Assembly (NCBI GenBank): GCA_963677495.2
Contig: CAXXOU010000003.1
Span: 160,001 to 224,000, forward strand
DNA from: Candidatus Cloacimonadales bacterium
Lineage (GTDB): Bacteria > Cloacimonadota > Cloacimonadia > Cloacimonadales > JAFGVF01
DNA: 64,000 nucleotides
Direction: 5' to 3'
Shown: piece after piece, positions 48,283-58,500 of the stretch
Position numbering within the stretch: the stretch's first letter is position 1
How the letters are laid out: each line of letters begins with the position of its first letter
The notes under the pieces: generated by a model
Told to the model about the DNA's origin: nothing
Database searches by the model: none
Seen by the model: the letters and a program-made list of their open reading frames with translations, nothing else
Position numbers and translations under genes: made by a program

Positions 48283-49779
48283 ATGAAGAAAATATTATTT
48301 ATTACAACCTTAAGCTTATTGTCTTCCCTCTTTGCCTTCACAATAACTGAAAGAATTGATATGCTGATTAAACTCAAAGAGCATAAATTCTCTTCAGAAA
48401 AACTTGAATCTGAGTGGCAGACAAGACTTGATAACCAAAGAGAAGATTCTCAGAATTCCGGTTATGGCAAAACACATTCACTTTTAGATATTAGGTTTAG
48501 TGATATTGATGACTTCGCAAAAGCACTTGAGAAAGAATATACAACTCAAATCAATTATAGTAAAGCCTGTTTTGATTATCGAATGGAAAGCATAGAACAT
48601 GAACTTGAAGTAGAGATGCTAAATAGTAGAGAGGAGATAAAGCTTAACTTCACGTTACTAAAATATTTTGAAAATGAAGGAATGCTGGCTATAAATGTAG
48701 ACACGTTTGATAAAACTTTTGCTACTAAAGGTGATTTATACATAAACTCATACATTAATGAGTATCCTGATACATGCTTTGTCAAAGTTACTAAAGAATA
48801 TCAAGGTTATGATCAGTGGTCTTATTTTAATTGGAAACTAGTTTTAGGTGAAATGGAATACCCGTTCTCAAATCAGAGAGTAGTCAGAACTGAAGTTGAT
48901 GATACTGAGATTCCTGAAAGCCCTTTCGAGAAGGATAGCTGGGAGTATGAGAAGGTTGAATATGATACAACAGGTATTGTAAAAGAGTTCTCTGTTTCTG
49001 ACAGCTTATTAGCTCTCGAGGGTCAAAGTAAACTGGCTGTTATTATTGGCTTATCTGATTATGAATACTTACCTTCTTATAAATATGCTGATAGCGATGC
49101 TAAGCTTGTTAAAGATCGATTACAGAAGTTGCTTTTTATACCTAATAGTAATATCTATTACGCTACAAATGCAGATTTTAAAGGTTTCGCTGATCTCTTC
49201 AAAGACTACGGTTGGTTAATGGATAAGACTGAGAAAGATACACTCGACTTATACCTCTACTTTGCCGGTAATGGTTGTAGTATAGATGGTCAAGCAGCTC
49301 TACTCGAGAGCAACTACAACTTCTATTTACCAGATATGGGAGCTACAAAGGTAGATACCCTTATCGCTGATTTGAATAAGTACAATTTGAGCAGTATCAC
49401 TCTATTCTTAGATACTAATTTCGCTACACTTAATAATCAAAACATCTTTATAACAAACAGTTTAGATGAGCTTCCACCTGCAGTCGGAATGAGTGTTATC
49501 CCCGATAATGTTAGTATATTCTATGGAGCTAACACAAGAGGAAAATCCTATCTGTTGGAAGACTATAAACAGAATCTCTTCACCCGGGCATTTGTGGAGA
49601 GTTTGCAGGCAAAATCTGATAGAAACAGAGACAAATATGTAACTCTAAACGAACTGGAAGCACGTATTTCTTCTCTCTGTAAAAAATATGGTAACGAGCT
49701 TGGAATAAGTCAACATCCGCGTTTACAATCATCGAATGGAAATAAGATGTTTTTCAGACTTGACAATCCGTACAAATAA
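48283..49779 (+). CDS. Secreted protein with C-terminal caspase-like (peptidase C14) domain, catalytic dyad substituted
   Basis: AVIIG..DY..LP...YA..DA, LYLYFAGNG, LFLDTNF, LFT, D.N.D..VTL.EL, QHP. Confidence 0.7.
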   Translation: MKKILFITTLSLLSSLFAFTITERIDMLIKLKEHKFSSEKLESEWQTRLDNQREDSQNSGYGKTHSLLDIRFSDIDDFAKALEKEYTTQINYSKACFDYRMESIEHELEVEMLNSREEIKLNFTLLKYFENEGMLAINVDTFDKTFATKGDLYINSYINEYPDTCFVKVTKEYQGYDQWSYFNWKLVLGEMEYPFSNQRVVRTEVDDTEIPESPFEKDSWEYEKVEYDTTGIVKEFSVSDSLLALEGQSKLAVIIGLSDYEYLPSYKYADSDAKLVKDRLQKLLFIPNSNIYYATNADFKGFADLFKDYGWLMDKTEKDTLDLYLYFAGNGCSIDGQAALLESNYNFYLPDMGATKVDTLIADLNKYNLSSITLFLDTNFATLNNQNIFITNSLDELPPAVGMSVIPDNVSIFYGANTRGKSYLLEDYKQNLFTRAFVESLQAKSDRNRDKYVTLNELEARISSLCKKYGNELGISQHPRLQSSNGNKMFFRLDNPYK

Positions 49780-49831
49780 AATCTGTAAACTCAATACAAA
49801 TAGTTAAATAATTATAAACATAGAGGTAATA

Positions 49832-51718
49832 ATGAAGAAGCTGTCCCGGGAAGAATTAGCGCAAATCGCCAAACAATCTAAAGTTGCACGTGGAGAAATT
49901 ATTAAGATGACTACACTCGCCAAGTCAGGTCATCCGGGTGGTTCAATGTCCACTATCGATGCTATGATGGTGTTGTATAAGATGGCAAACATCTCACCTG
50001 AGAACTATAAAGAAGATGACAGAGATAGAGTTGTGGTTAGTAATGGTCACATCTCCCCTGCTGTGTATTCAACACTTGCTCTTAACAATTTCTTTGATAT
50101 GAACACTGCTGTTTCTCAGTTCAGACTTTGTGGTTCTATCTATGAAGGCCATATCGAACGCGATGTGCCCGGTGTTGAATGGGGAACCGGCAACTTAGGA
50201 CAAGGTCTTTCAACTGCTGTTGGTTTCGCTCTTGCTAATAAGCTCAAAGATATTAACAGTAATGTTTATGTCTTCATGGGTGATGGTGAACAGCAGAAAG
50301 GTCAAATCGGTGAAGCTCGTAAAGCTGCAATCAAGTTTGGACTATCTAATATAACAGTAGTTATCGATTATAACAGACTTCAAATCAGTGGTGATATTGA
50401 TGAAGTTATGCCAAATAGAATCAGTGACAACTTCATCTCTGATGGTTGGGAAGTTATTGAGATAGATGGGCACAACTATGAAGACCTTCAGTATGCTTAT
50501 GAACAGGCTGAGAAGAGTAAACTTCCTGTAATGATTCTTGCTAAAACAGTTATGGGTAAGGATGTTTCTTTCATGGAAAACCTTGAGAAATACCATGGTT
50601 CTCCACTTAGTGAAGAACAATTAGCTGAAGCTTTAAACGAACTCGGTCTTGAAAACAATCTTGATGAGCTTAAAAAACTGAGAAGTGAGTTTGTTAAAGA
50701 AACTCATAATAAAGATAAATTCAAACTTACTTTCGACCTAAACCCGGGTGAAGCAAAAACATATACAGACAAAACTGATAACCGTTCTGCCTGGGGTAAT
50801 GCCTTAACAGACCTTGCAGCCAACAATATCGATAACCCGATCGCAGTATTCGATTGTGACCTTGCCGGTAGTGTTAAAACAAACGGTTTTGCTAAAGCTG
50901 CTCCTGAGAAATTCTTACAGATGGGTATTATGGAACATAACACTTCAGTAATAGCAGGTGCTGTTTCTGCTTGTGGAATCCAGACTTTCTGGGCTGATTT
51001 CGGTGTCTTTGGAGTTGATGAAGTTATCAATATGCATCGTCTTACAGACATAAACCACGGTAACCTGAAGGTTGTTACTACTCATGTAGGTCTTGATGTA
51101 GGTGAAGATGGAAAAACTCATCAATGCATTGATTATGTCGGTTTAACAAGGAACTTATACAACTTTGGTATAATAGTTCCGGCTGATCCTAATCAAACAG
51201 ACAGAGCCACTCGCTGGTTAGCTACTCAACCGGGTAACTATCTCCTAGCTATGGGACGTTCTAAGTTAGATATTTTGAAAGATACTGAAGGAAATATCAT
51301 TTTTGATGATAATTATAAATTTGAATATGGCAAAGCTGATAAACTTAGAGATGGTGACAAAGCTGCTTTACTCGTTATGGGTACAGTTTCAAACAGAGCA
51401 GTTGCTGTTGCTGACGAACTTGCTGCAAAAGGTATCAATATTCAGGTTTGGAATATCTCTACTCCAACTGATATTGATACTGAAGCACTTAAACAAGCTG
51501 CAGCTACAGGTACAATCTTCACTTATGAAGATCATAATGTTAATACCGGACTTGGGTCTTTAGTTGCATCTGAGTTATTTAAACAAGGTTTATCCTGTAA
51601 ACTTAAATGCTTCGGTGTAGAAGACTATGCCGTTTCTGGTGCAAGCACTGATGTATTCAAACATTGTAGTTTAGATGCTGAGTCAGTTCAAAAAAGGATT
51701 GAAGACTACCTTGGATAG
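49832..51718 (+). CDS. tkt: Transketolase (single chain)
   Basis: SGHPGGSMS, DR.VVSNGH, G.LGQGLS, GDGE...GQ..E TPP motif, DLAGS, GEDGKTHQ. Confidence 0.92.
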   Translation: MKKLSREELAQIAKQSKVARGEIIKMTTLAKSGHPGGSMSTIDAMMVLYKMANISPENYKEDDRDRVVVSNGHISPAVYSTLALNNFFDMNTAVSQFRLCGSIYEGHIERDVPGVEWGTGNLGQGLSTAVGFALANKLKDINSNVYVFMGDGEQQKGQIGEARKAAIKFGLSNITVVIDYNRLQISGDIDEVMPNRISDNFISDGWEVIEIDGHNYEDLQYAYEQAEKSKLPVMILAKTVMGKDVSFMENLEKYHGSPLSEEQLAEALNELGLENNLDELKKLRSEFVKETHNKDKFKLTFDLNPGEAKTYTDKTDNRSAWGNALTDLAANNIDNPIAVFDCDLAGSVKTNGFAKAAPEKFLQMGIMEHNTSVIAGAVSACGIQTFWADFGVFGVDEVINMHRLTDINHGNLKVVTTHVGLDVGEDGKTHQCIDYVGLTRNLYNFGIIVPADPNQTDRATRWLATQPGNYLLAMGRSKLDILKDTEGNIIFDDNYKFEYGKADKLRDGDKAALLVMGTVSNRAVAVADELAAKGINIQVWNISTPTDIDTEALKQAAATGTIFTYEDHNVNTGLGSLVASELFKQGLSCKLKCFGVEDYAVSGASTDVFKHCSLDAESVQKRIEDYLG

Positions 51719-53444
51719 ATTAAAACGATATTCCTTATTACTGCTTATCCTGCTTACACTTCTCAGCTGTAAAGATGGAGAGAGTAGCTTTAATAATGGG
51801 ATAGATGGCCCCGAACCTCCGGATAATGAGGAATTTATTGCTATTGGAAGTAGTGATACTTTCGAAGCTGTTACTTGGAATTTACATTACTTCCCTAGTG
51901 ATGATACTGAGACAATAGATTTGCTAAAGAATCTCATCCCTGAGATTGGAGCAGATGTCTATGCTATACAGGAAGTAGATAACCGTTCTGCCTTCTATGA
52001 TTTAGTAGATCTTATACCTGATTATGAAGGTGTAGTCATGAACTCAGACAGTTATCTAAACTTAGGATTTATATACAATACAAGAGAAGTAAACGTAGTT
52101 TCACATGAAGAGATAATGCCCTGGGAAGATTACTTCTTTGTCAGAATCCCTCTTATGCTTCACGTAGAGTGGCAAGGCTTTGATGTTTCTCTGATAAATG
52201 TTCATTTCAAAGCGAATGATGATGGTTTTAGTGATGATAACAGACGTAGAGAATCCTGCAATCTTCTTGATGAGTATATTAGCCAATATTACAGCGATAG
52301 AAATGTTATTGTACTTGGTGATATGAATGATGAGCTTACAGATCCTGTGAACGATAATGTGTTCACAACTCTTTTAAGCCAACCTGAGAAGTATCTTTTC
52401 GCAGATATGGCAATCGCTGAGTCAATGAGTACAGGTAATGCTTCCTACCCAAGTTATCCAAGTCATATCGACCATATTCTTGTTACTAATGAGCTTTACC
52501 CTGCTCTGGAACAGAGCTCATCATTAGTGAAGACTCTTCTAGTAGAGAACTTCATTGAAGGTGGTATGGGAACATATAGAAACTATATTTCTGACCATAG
52601 ACCGGTTGCAATTAAACTTGATCTCAATGTCCCAGATGAACTAAAAGTGATAACATGGAATATTGAGAGCTTCCCAAAAAGTGGAGAAACTACTACCGAT
52701 AATCTAAACATATTGATGTCCGAATACGATGCTGATTTCTATGGCATTCAGGAGATTGCTGATACTCCTACGTTCTTAGAATGGGCTGATACTATGGATG
52801 ATTATACAGGTTATGTTGCAAACTACTTTGTTGCAGCACCGGATGAGACATACAATCCACCTGTTGGCTGCCTTGTAAAATCATCTCTTGAGGTTACTGA
52901 TGTATATACTATTCTTCCCAACAACTATATCCCATTGCCACGATTGCCATTAGTTGTGGAAGCAAGATTTGGAGATGAGGAGCTTGTCTTTATCAATATC
53001 CATCTAAAAGCAGCTGGAGATAATGTCATTGATTATGATGATGAATGGGACCAGGAAAATAGAAGGCTCGTTGCCTGCTCTATGCTAGATGAATATATAA
53101 GCACAAACTTTGCTGATAAGCAGGTTATACTTATGGGTGATATGAATGATCAGTTGCAAGAACCATCTTCATCAAATGTGTTTGAAGTGTTCTTGAACTC
53201 TCAGTCAGAATATAGATTCACAGATCTTGAATTAGCTCAGAATCCAAGCTCAGATAACTACTCATATCCAATGTATTACCCTGCGTTAATAGATCATATT
53301 CTTATCACAAATGAGCTATTTGATAACTACCAATCAGGTGATACAGTGGTACTCAAACCGGATGTTGATGAGATGAATTGGAACTATTATGAAGCCAATA
53401 TCTCTGATCATCGTCCCGTACAAACTATACTAAAATTTGATTAA
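51675..53444 (+). CDS. Lipoprotein with two tandem endonuclease/exonuclease/phosphatase domains
   Basis: Lipobox LLSC; twice TWN...FP, IQE, HxKA, GDMND, IDHIL.TNEL, ISDHRPV; start may be TTG 51711. Confidence 0.88.
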   Translation: MLSQFKKGLKTTLDRLKRYSLLLLILLTLLSCKDGESSFNNGIDGPEPPDNEEFIAIGSSDTFEAVTWNLHYFPSDDTETIDLLKNLIPEIGADVYAIQEVDNRSAFYDLVDLIPDYEGVVMNSDSYLNLGFIYNTREVNVVSHEEIMPWEDYFFVRIPLMLHVEWQGFDVSLINVHFKANDDGFSDDNRRRESCNLLDEYISQYYSDRNVIVLGDMNDELTDPVNDNVFTTLLSQPEKYLFADMAIAESMSTGNASYPSYPSHIDHILVTNELYPALEQSSSLVKTLLVENFIEGGMGTYRNYISDHRPVAIKLDLNVPDELKVITWNIESFPKSGETTTDNLNILMSEYDADFYGIQEIADTPTFLEWADTMDDYTGYVANYFVAAPDETYNPPVGCLVKSSLEVTDVYTILPNNYIPLPRLPLVVEARFGDEELVFINIHLKAAGDNVIDYDDEWDQENRRLVACSMLDEYISTNFADKQVILMGDMNDQLQEPSSSNVFEVFLNSQSEYRFTDLELAQNPSSDNYSYPMYYPALIDHILITNELFDNYQSGDTVVLKPDVDEMNWNYYEANISDHRPVQTILKFD

Positions 53445-53458
53445 ATAGAGGAGAAATC

Positions 53459-53911
53459 ATGAAAACTTTTAAATTACTACTCATTGTTGCTACGCTCTTT
53501 GCATTATTTGCTTGTAGCACCAACAAAGTTGTAGAAACAGAAATCCAGGAGGTTAAGGAACCTATGAATAGGACATGGACAACCGGAACAGGTTTAGAGA
53601 TTGAAGTACTTCAAGATGGAGAAGGTACTACCGCAAAATCAGGTGATAAAGTAACTGTACATTACACAGGCTGGCTTCTTGATGGTAAGAAATTCGACAG
53701 CTCAGTAGATAGAAATCAACCATTTGTATTCCAACTTGGTCGTGGAAGAGTTATCAAGGGTTGGGATGAAGGTGTAGCAGGAATGCTCGTTGGAGAGAAG
53801 AGAATGCTCACTATCCCAGCAGAACTTGGCTATGGCTCTCGTGGTGCAGGCGGAGTAATCCCACCTAATGCTACTCTTAAGTTTGAAGTGGAACTTCTTA
53901 AAGTTAACTAA
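53459..53911 (+). CDS. FKBP-type peptidyl-prolyl isomerase, lipoprotein
   Basis: LFAC lipobox; [42 protein letters not shown]. Confidence 0.96.
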   Translation: MKTFKLLLIVATLFALFACSTNKVVETEIQEVKEPMNRTWTTGTGLEIEVLQDGEGTTAKSGDKVTVHYTGWLLDGKKFDSSVDRNQPFVFQLGRGRVIKGWDEGVAGMLVGEKRMLTIPAELGYGSRGAGGVIPPNATLKFEVELLKVN

Positions 53912-53932
53912 GATAAGCCCAATTAACTATTG

Positions 53933-53960
53933 AAGGTTACCGATATCGGTAACCTTTTTT
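53933..53960 (+). terminator. Rho-independent terminator
   Basis: AAGGTTACCGATATCGGTAACCTT-TTTT perfect palindrome. Confidence 0.85.
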
Positions 53961-54025
53961 GCATAGTCTAAAAGAACCTATAAAATCAACTATGTCCTAA
54001 CTACGTCTCTGGTACGAACCGCATT

Positions 54026-54140
54026 AAGAACTTCCTTGCACCGTTAACTAAGTTATGCACACGATGTGGATAACTTTAGGGGTTCATAGGGAGGGTCTAG
54101 GGAGGCTAAAGGGAGGGACAAGTGAGATTCTAGGTTTTTG
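54026..54140 (-). repeat. Dispersed repeat family A, copy 3 (intact)
   Basis: Reverse complement matches 17882-17996 without gaps; TTATGCACA 54053-54061, TGTGGATAA 54065-54073. Confidence 0.92.
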
Positions 54141-54306
54141 AAGCAGCACGTAGCAGACTTGTACCAGAGATGCAAAGATGCAAAGATTGTCTAATTAAAT
54201 CAAAAATTGAGATAAGATATGTTAATCCGCTGATTTACTCTATTGATTAATATTGACATAAGAATTAATCCTTACTTAATGGATTATATTTTTTTAGGAG
54301 GATTAT

Positions 54307-55392
54307 ATGCACAGTTATAAACTGTTTTTAAAAACACTATTATTGCTTTTAGCTTTCACCATTCTTGTCTCTTGCAGTGCAAACAAGCTAAAAGACAGGC
54401 ATATTAAGATAGGGGTTATTAGCCCTCATGTAAAACTTAACGTTTATGAGTTGAAGTATGACTATCAGGGTGGAACTTCTCTTGTAAACCCATTTGTTGC
54501 AACAATGCCTGCATCTTTACTGACATCCAGAGAAAAAGCAGCGTTAGATGATATGCTTAATTTTACAATTGAAGAAGTAACAAAACCATATGACTGTGAA
54601 ATCATTAAGATTTCAGAAGAGATTCTTGATAGTCTCGGTCTTTCTAAAAGAATCTATCAAGGGCCGAATTTCTTAGAGCAACTCCCCATAACATCCGGCA
54701 AGACAGTTAATGTGGTTGATTATAGGGATTATGAGCAAGAAGACTTATCAAATTATTCACTGTACCATGTTTCCAAAAAGCCAGCATTAACTATCCAACA
54801 TCTGAAACTAGCTCATAAAAGAAATGCAGAAGTTGAAGTTTCAGAACTAAGCAACGATCTGGATATTGATAGATTTATCAAGGATATGGATTACCAAAAT
54901 AGTCAGTTAAGCGAATATGTTGATGTGGTCTCTTTTCAGTATGGCTTTGATGAGAACAAATTTTTACCGGAAGGATACACATATTTAACTGAAAAGAACG
55001 TTGAACGTTTAACAAGAACAATTTCCAAGAAACTAGATCTTGATGCAGTACTACTCATCTCTAATGATTTCGAAGTATATACAGAAAAGACCTTGTTATC
55101 TGCAAATCAAAAATATCAAGGTAAAATGAAATCAAGCGTTGTTTTAAAGAGCAATAGTGGCAGATGGTTGTTCAAAAAGATAAAAACCAATTCAACCATA
55201 GCTAAAAAGAACAGAAAAAACAGCAAAGTGCCAAACATAGATTGCCTGATGATAGATAAAGGAGATTCTGTAACAGTAATCAGATATCCAATGAATGCTT
55301 TTAACTATTTCAGTCTAACAAACAAGTATGAAGGGATGTATAAAGACTTGTTTAATCAATTCAAATCTTTCTTTTTCAAGAAGAAGAAGTAG
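54307..55392 (+). CDS. Hypothetical lipoprotein
   Basis: AGGAGG RBS; signal with LVSC lipobox; no recognised domain. Confidence 0.65.
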   Translation: MHSYKLFLKTLLLLLAFTILVSCSANKLKDRHIKIGVISPHVKLNVYELKYDYQGGTSLVNPFVATMPASLLTSREKAALDDMLNFTIEEVTKPYDCEIIKISEEILDSLGLSKRIYQGPNFLEQLPITSGKTVNVVDYRDYEQEDLSNYSLYHVSKKPALTIQHLKLAHKRNAEVEVSELSNDLDIDRFIKDMDYQNSQLSEYVDVVSFQYGFDENKFLPEGYTYLTEKNVERLTRTISKKLDLDAVLLISNDFEVYTEKTLLSANQKYQGKMKSSVVLKSNSGRWLFKKIKTNSTIAKKNRKNSKVPNIDCLMIDKGDSVTVIRYPMNAFNYFSLTNKYEGMYKDLFNQFKSFFFKKKK

Positions 55393-55463
55393 TAGGATAG
55401 AAAGCATGAGATAAACGAAAAGGTTTATTGTGAAATGCATCATCTTTAATAGTCATTGATAAC

Positions 55464-55488
55464 AAAAAGGCCCGACATATGTCGGGCC
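55464..55488 (-). terminator. Rho-independent terminator
   Basis: A5-GGCCCGACATATGTCGGGCC palindrome between convergent genes. Confidence 0.8.
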
Positions 55489-55509
55489 ATATTTTATCTA
55501 TGATGATAA

Positions 55510-58500
55510 TTATTTAAGTAGGGCAGCCTTTCTAACAGCTGTATATCCTTTAGTATTCATTCTAAAGAAATAGATACCACTGCTACAAGCGTTACCATTA
55601 TTATCTCTACCATCCCAAACAACTATGTTCTCACCCTTAGGTTTGAGACCGTCGTGGAGAACAGAAATGAGTTCACCCTTAATGTTGTATACGCTAACTC
55701 TTACATCTTCCTCTTCTTTCATAGTGAAAGAAACTTGAGTTGTAGGGTTAAATGGATTAGGATAAATAGACTTCATAGTAGTTACAAGCTGTACTTCCGG
55801 TGTATCTGGTCCATCAACTTCTTCGATTGTTATTTCAACAGGTCCGAAGAATTTGCTGATACCATCAATTGAAACACTCTCAAGCCAGTAGTAGAAAGTC
55901 TCTGCTAACTCAACTTCTGTGTCATTATAGCTATATGAATGCTGTGAAGCTTCGTTTTCAGCAATAATGATTTCACTATTAATTTGATAGATGTCTTCTA
56001 CTTGGTCTGTGTTATTACGGTATACGTTGTATCCTGAGATATTGCTTTCAGACTCAACGATCCATTCAAGTTGAACAAATGTGCCTTCATCATTAGAAGT
56101 TAATGTTGTAGCAGCAAAGCTAGTCAACTGAACAGGAAGTGCATTATCATTATCAATATCATTTTCGTTATCTTGGTTTGGAGTAGGAGTAGCAGCTGGA
56201 GTCCAGTCTGTTGCTACATCATCACCATTAGATTCTGCATCTTTACGCTCATATATTGTTCCAACAGTTGCTCCACTTGTTGCAGAACCGAATTGGTCTA
56301 CTATACTCTTTGAAATACCATCATCAAGGTATATCCAAGAACCATTAACAATCTGAGGGACATCTGTGCTTGCAACATAATCACCAATAAATGATGGATA
56401 TGCAAGCATGAAGTCTGCATAAGTAGTATTGAAGATTGTTACATAATCTCCTGGATATAGAAGATAGCTGGAACCCATGTTAGTGTCTAGACCAACAGCG
56501 AACTGTACAGATTCAAGCGGAGAAACCTGATGTAAAGTCCATCCGAGTAATGATTGAGTAATTGTACCGGCGTTATATAACTCAACGTATTGAGTAGTTC
56601 CGGTATTTACTTCAGAAATTATCACATTAGACTCAACAGGACCAACAAAGAAGTTATCAATTAAGATATACCAGTCACCTGTTCCTCGTGCACAATCAAA
56701 ACGGAATTTTACATCATTACCAACAAAAGCAGCAAGAGGAACTTCTACTTTTGCCCAACCAGTTGATGTTGTATGTGTAGTCTCATCAACTGTATAGATA
56801 GGTGTATAAGTATTCCCGTCATCTGTAGATGCAGCAAGAACGATTTGATCTCCAGATCCAAGTGTTGTTGCATTATTTGGTGCACCAGAATAGTCTACAA
56901 TTCTGTAATAATAGTAAACATAATCATTAGCATCAATATTAGTCACATTCTCTAATTCTGCATAGCAAGTTGGAGTGCTACTCCAAAGATTCTTATACAG
57001 TGTATTTGATCCTGCAATACCCCAAGATGTTCTAACGCTCATATTTGTATCCCATTTATCAGGAACTGATGTGCTCCAGTCAAATGTTTGAAGGTATGGT
57101 GGTTGAATACGAGGGTCAGCTTGAGTTGTGATAGACCAAACAGGACAATTAACAGCATTACCTGCAGCATTATGTGGTACAACCTGCCAGTAGTAAGTTG
57201 TTAAGTAAGATAGACCTGAATATGTATAGCTTAAATCAGTGCTATTGTCATGCATATTAAGTACGTTTGTTGGAGGGTTATCTGTACCGAAGTTTAGATA
57301 GTATCCATCTGCTAAAGTACTAGCATCCCATATCAAAGTACCATTTACAGGTGCTTCAACGTAGCCGTCAGCAGGTTCTGGATTAGTTGCGGGATCTGGA
57401 ACTGATGAAGTTGTTGTGAAACTCCATACAGCATTACCAGTTGCATTACCGTTAGCATTAAATGGAACGATCTGCCAGTAATACGTAGTTCCTGTATTTA
57501 ATCCTGAATAAGCATAAGTATTTGTGATACCTTGATCAGCATTACTCATTATATTTGTAGGTGGGTTATCTGTACCGAAGTTTAGATAATATCCATCTGC
57601 TAGACTAACAAATGTCCATTCTAAGTTACCTGTTAATGCAACATCGGTTGCTGCATCAGCTGGAGAAACTAAAGTTGTTGCAGCAGGTGGGTTTACATTA
57701 TCAAAGATTCTAATGTCATCAACACTGATATCACCTTCATAACTTGAACTTTCCATTGCTCTAAAATCTATGCTAATTGTTTGTCCTGCGTATGTATTTA
57801 AAGCAACATTTGCTTCCTGCCAGCCTAAACTACCACTAGCATCGGTAAGAACAGCAACTGAAGCGTCTGTACCTGTACCGGTAATAACATCAATGTGAAG
57901 TTCAGAAGTATTACTATTATCTCCAATCCAATACCAGAAATTCAATATTGGGTTTGTTAAGGTACTCATATCGAAATCAGGTGAGTAGAGATGTGCAGGT
58001 ACAGTTTCAGGTGTAGAGTCATCTATGACAGCCATATAGCCACCATTTCCTGTATGCTCTGCTGTTGCACCATGACCACCTAACTCAGTGTTACCAATTT
58101 CCCAGCTATCACCTGATACGATTGGATCAATTGTCCAAGCAGGATGAAGTGTAGCTGTATCGAATGAATATGTGTAAGGGAAGCTTGTAACTGTATTTGC
58201 ATAAGTTGTGAATGACCAAACAGGACAACCTGCCGCTGGTCCAACACCATTATAAGGAACTACTTGCCAGTAATATGTTGTTCCGTTAGCCAAACCTGTA
58301 GCGGAGTAAGTCAAATCAGTACCATTATCAGTACCATTTTCCACATTTGTTGGAGGATTATCAGTACCGAAGTATAAATAATAACCTGCTGCTCCAGTTG
58401 AACTATTCCACTCTAAGGTAAGGTCAACTTCTGTTTCAGTAGCTTCATCTGCTGGAGATACTAAAGTAACAGGTCTAGGAGCATTACCAACTATTGAGAA

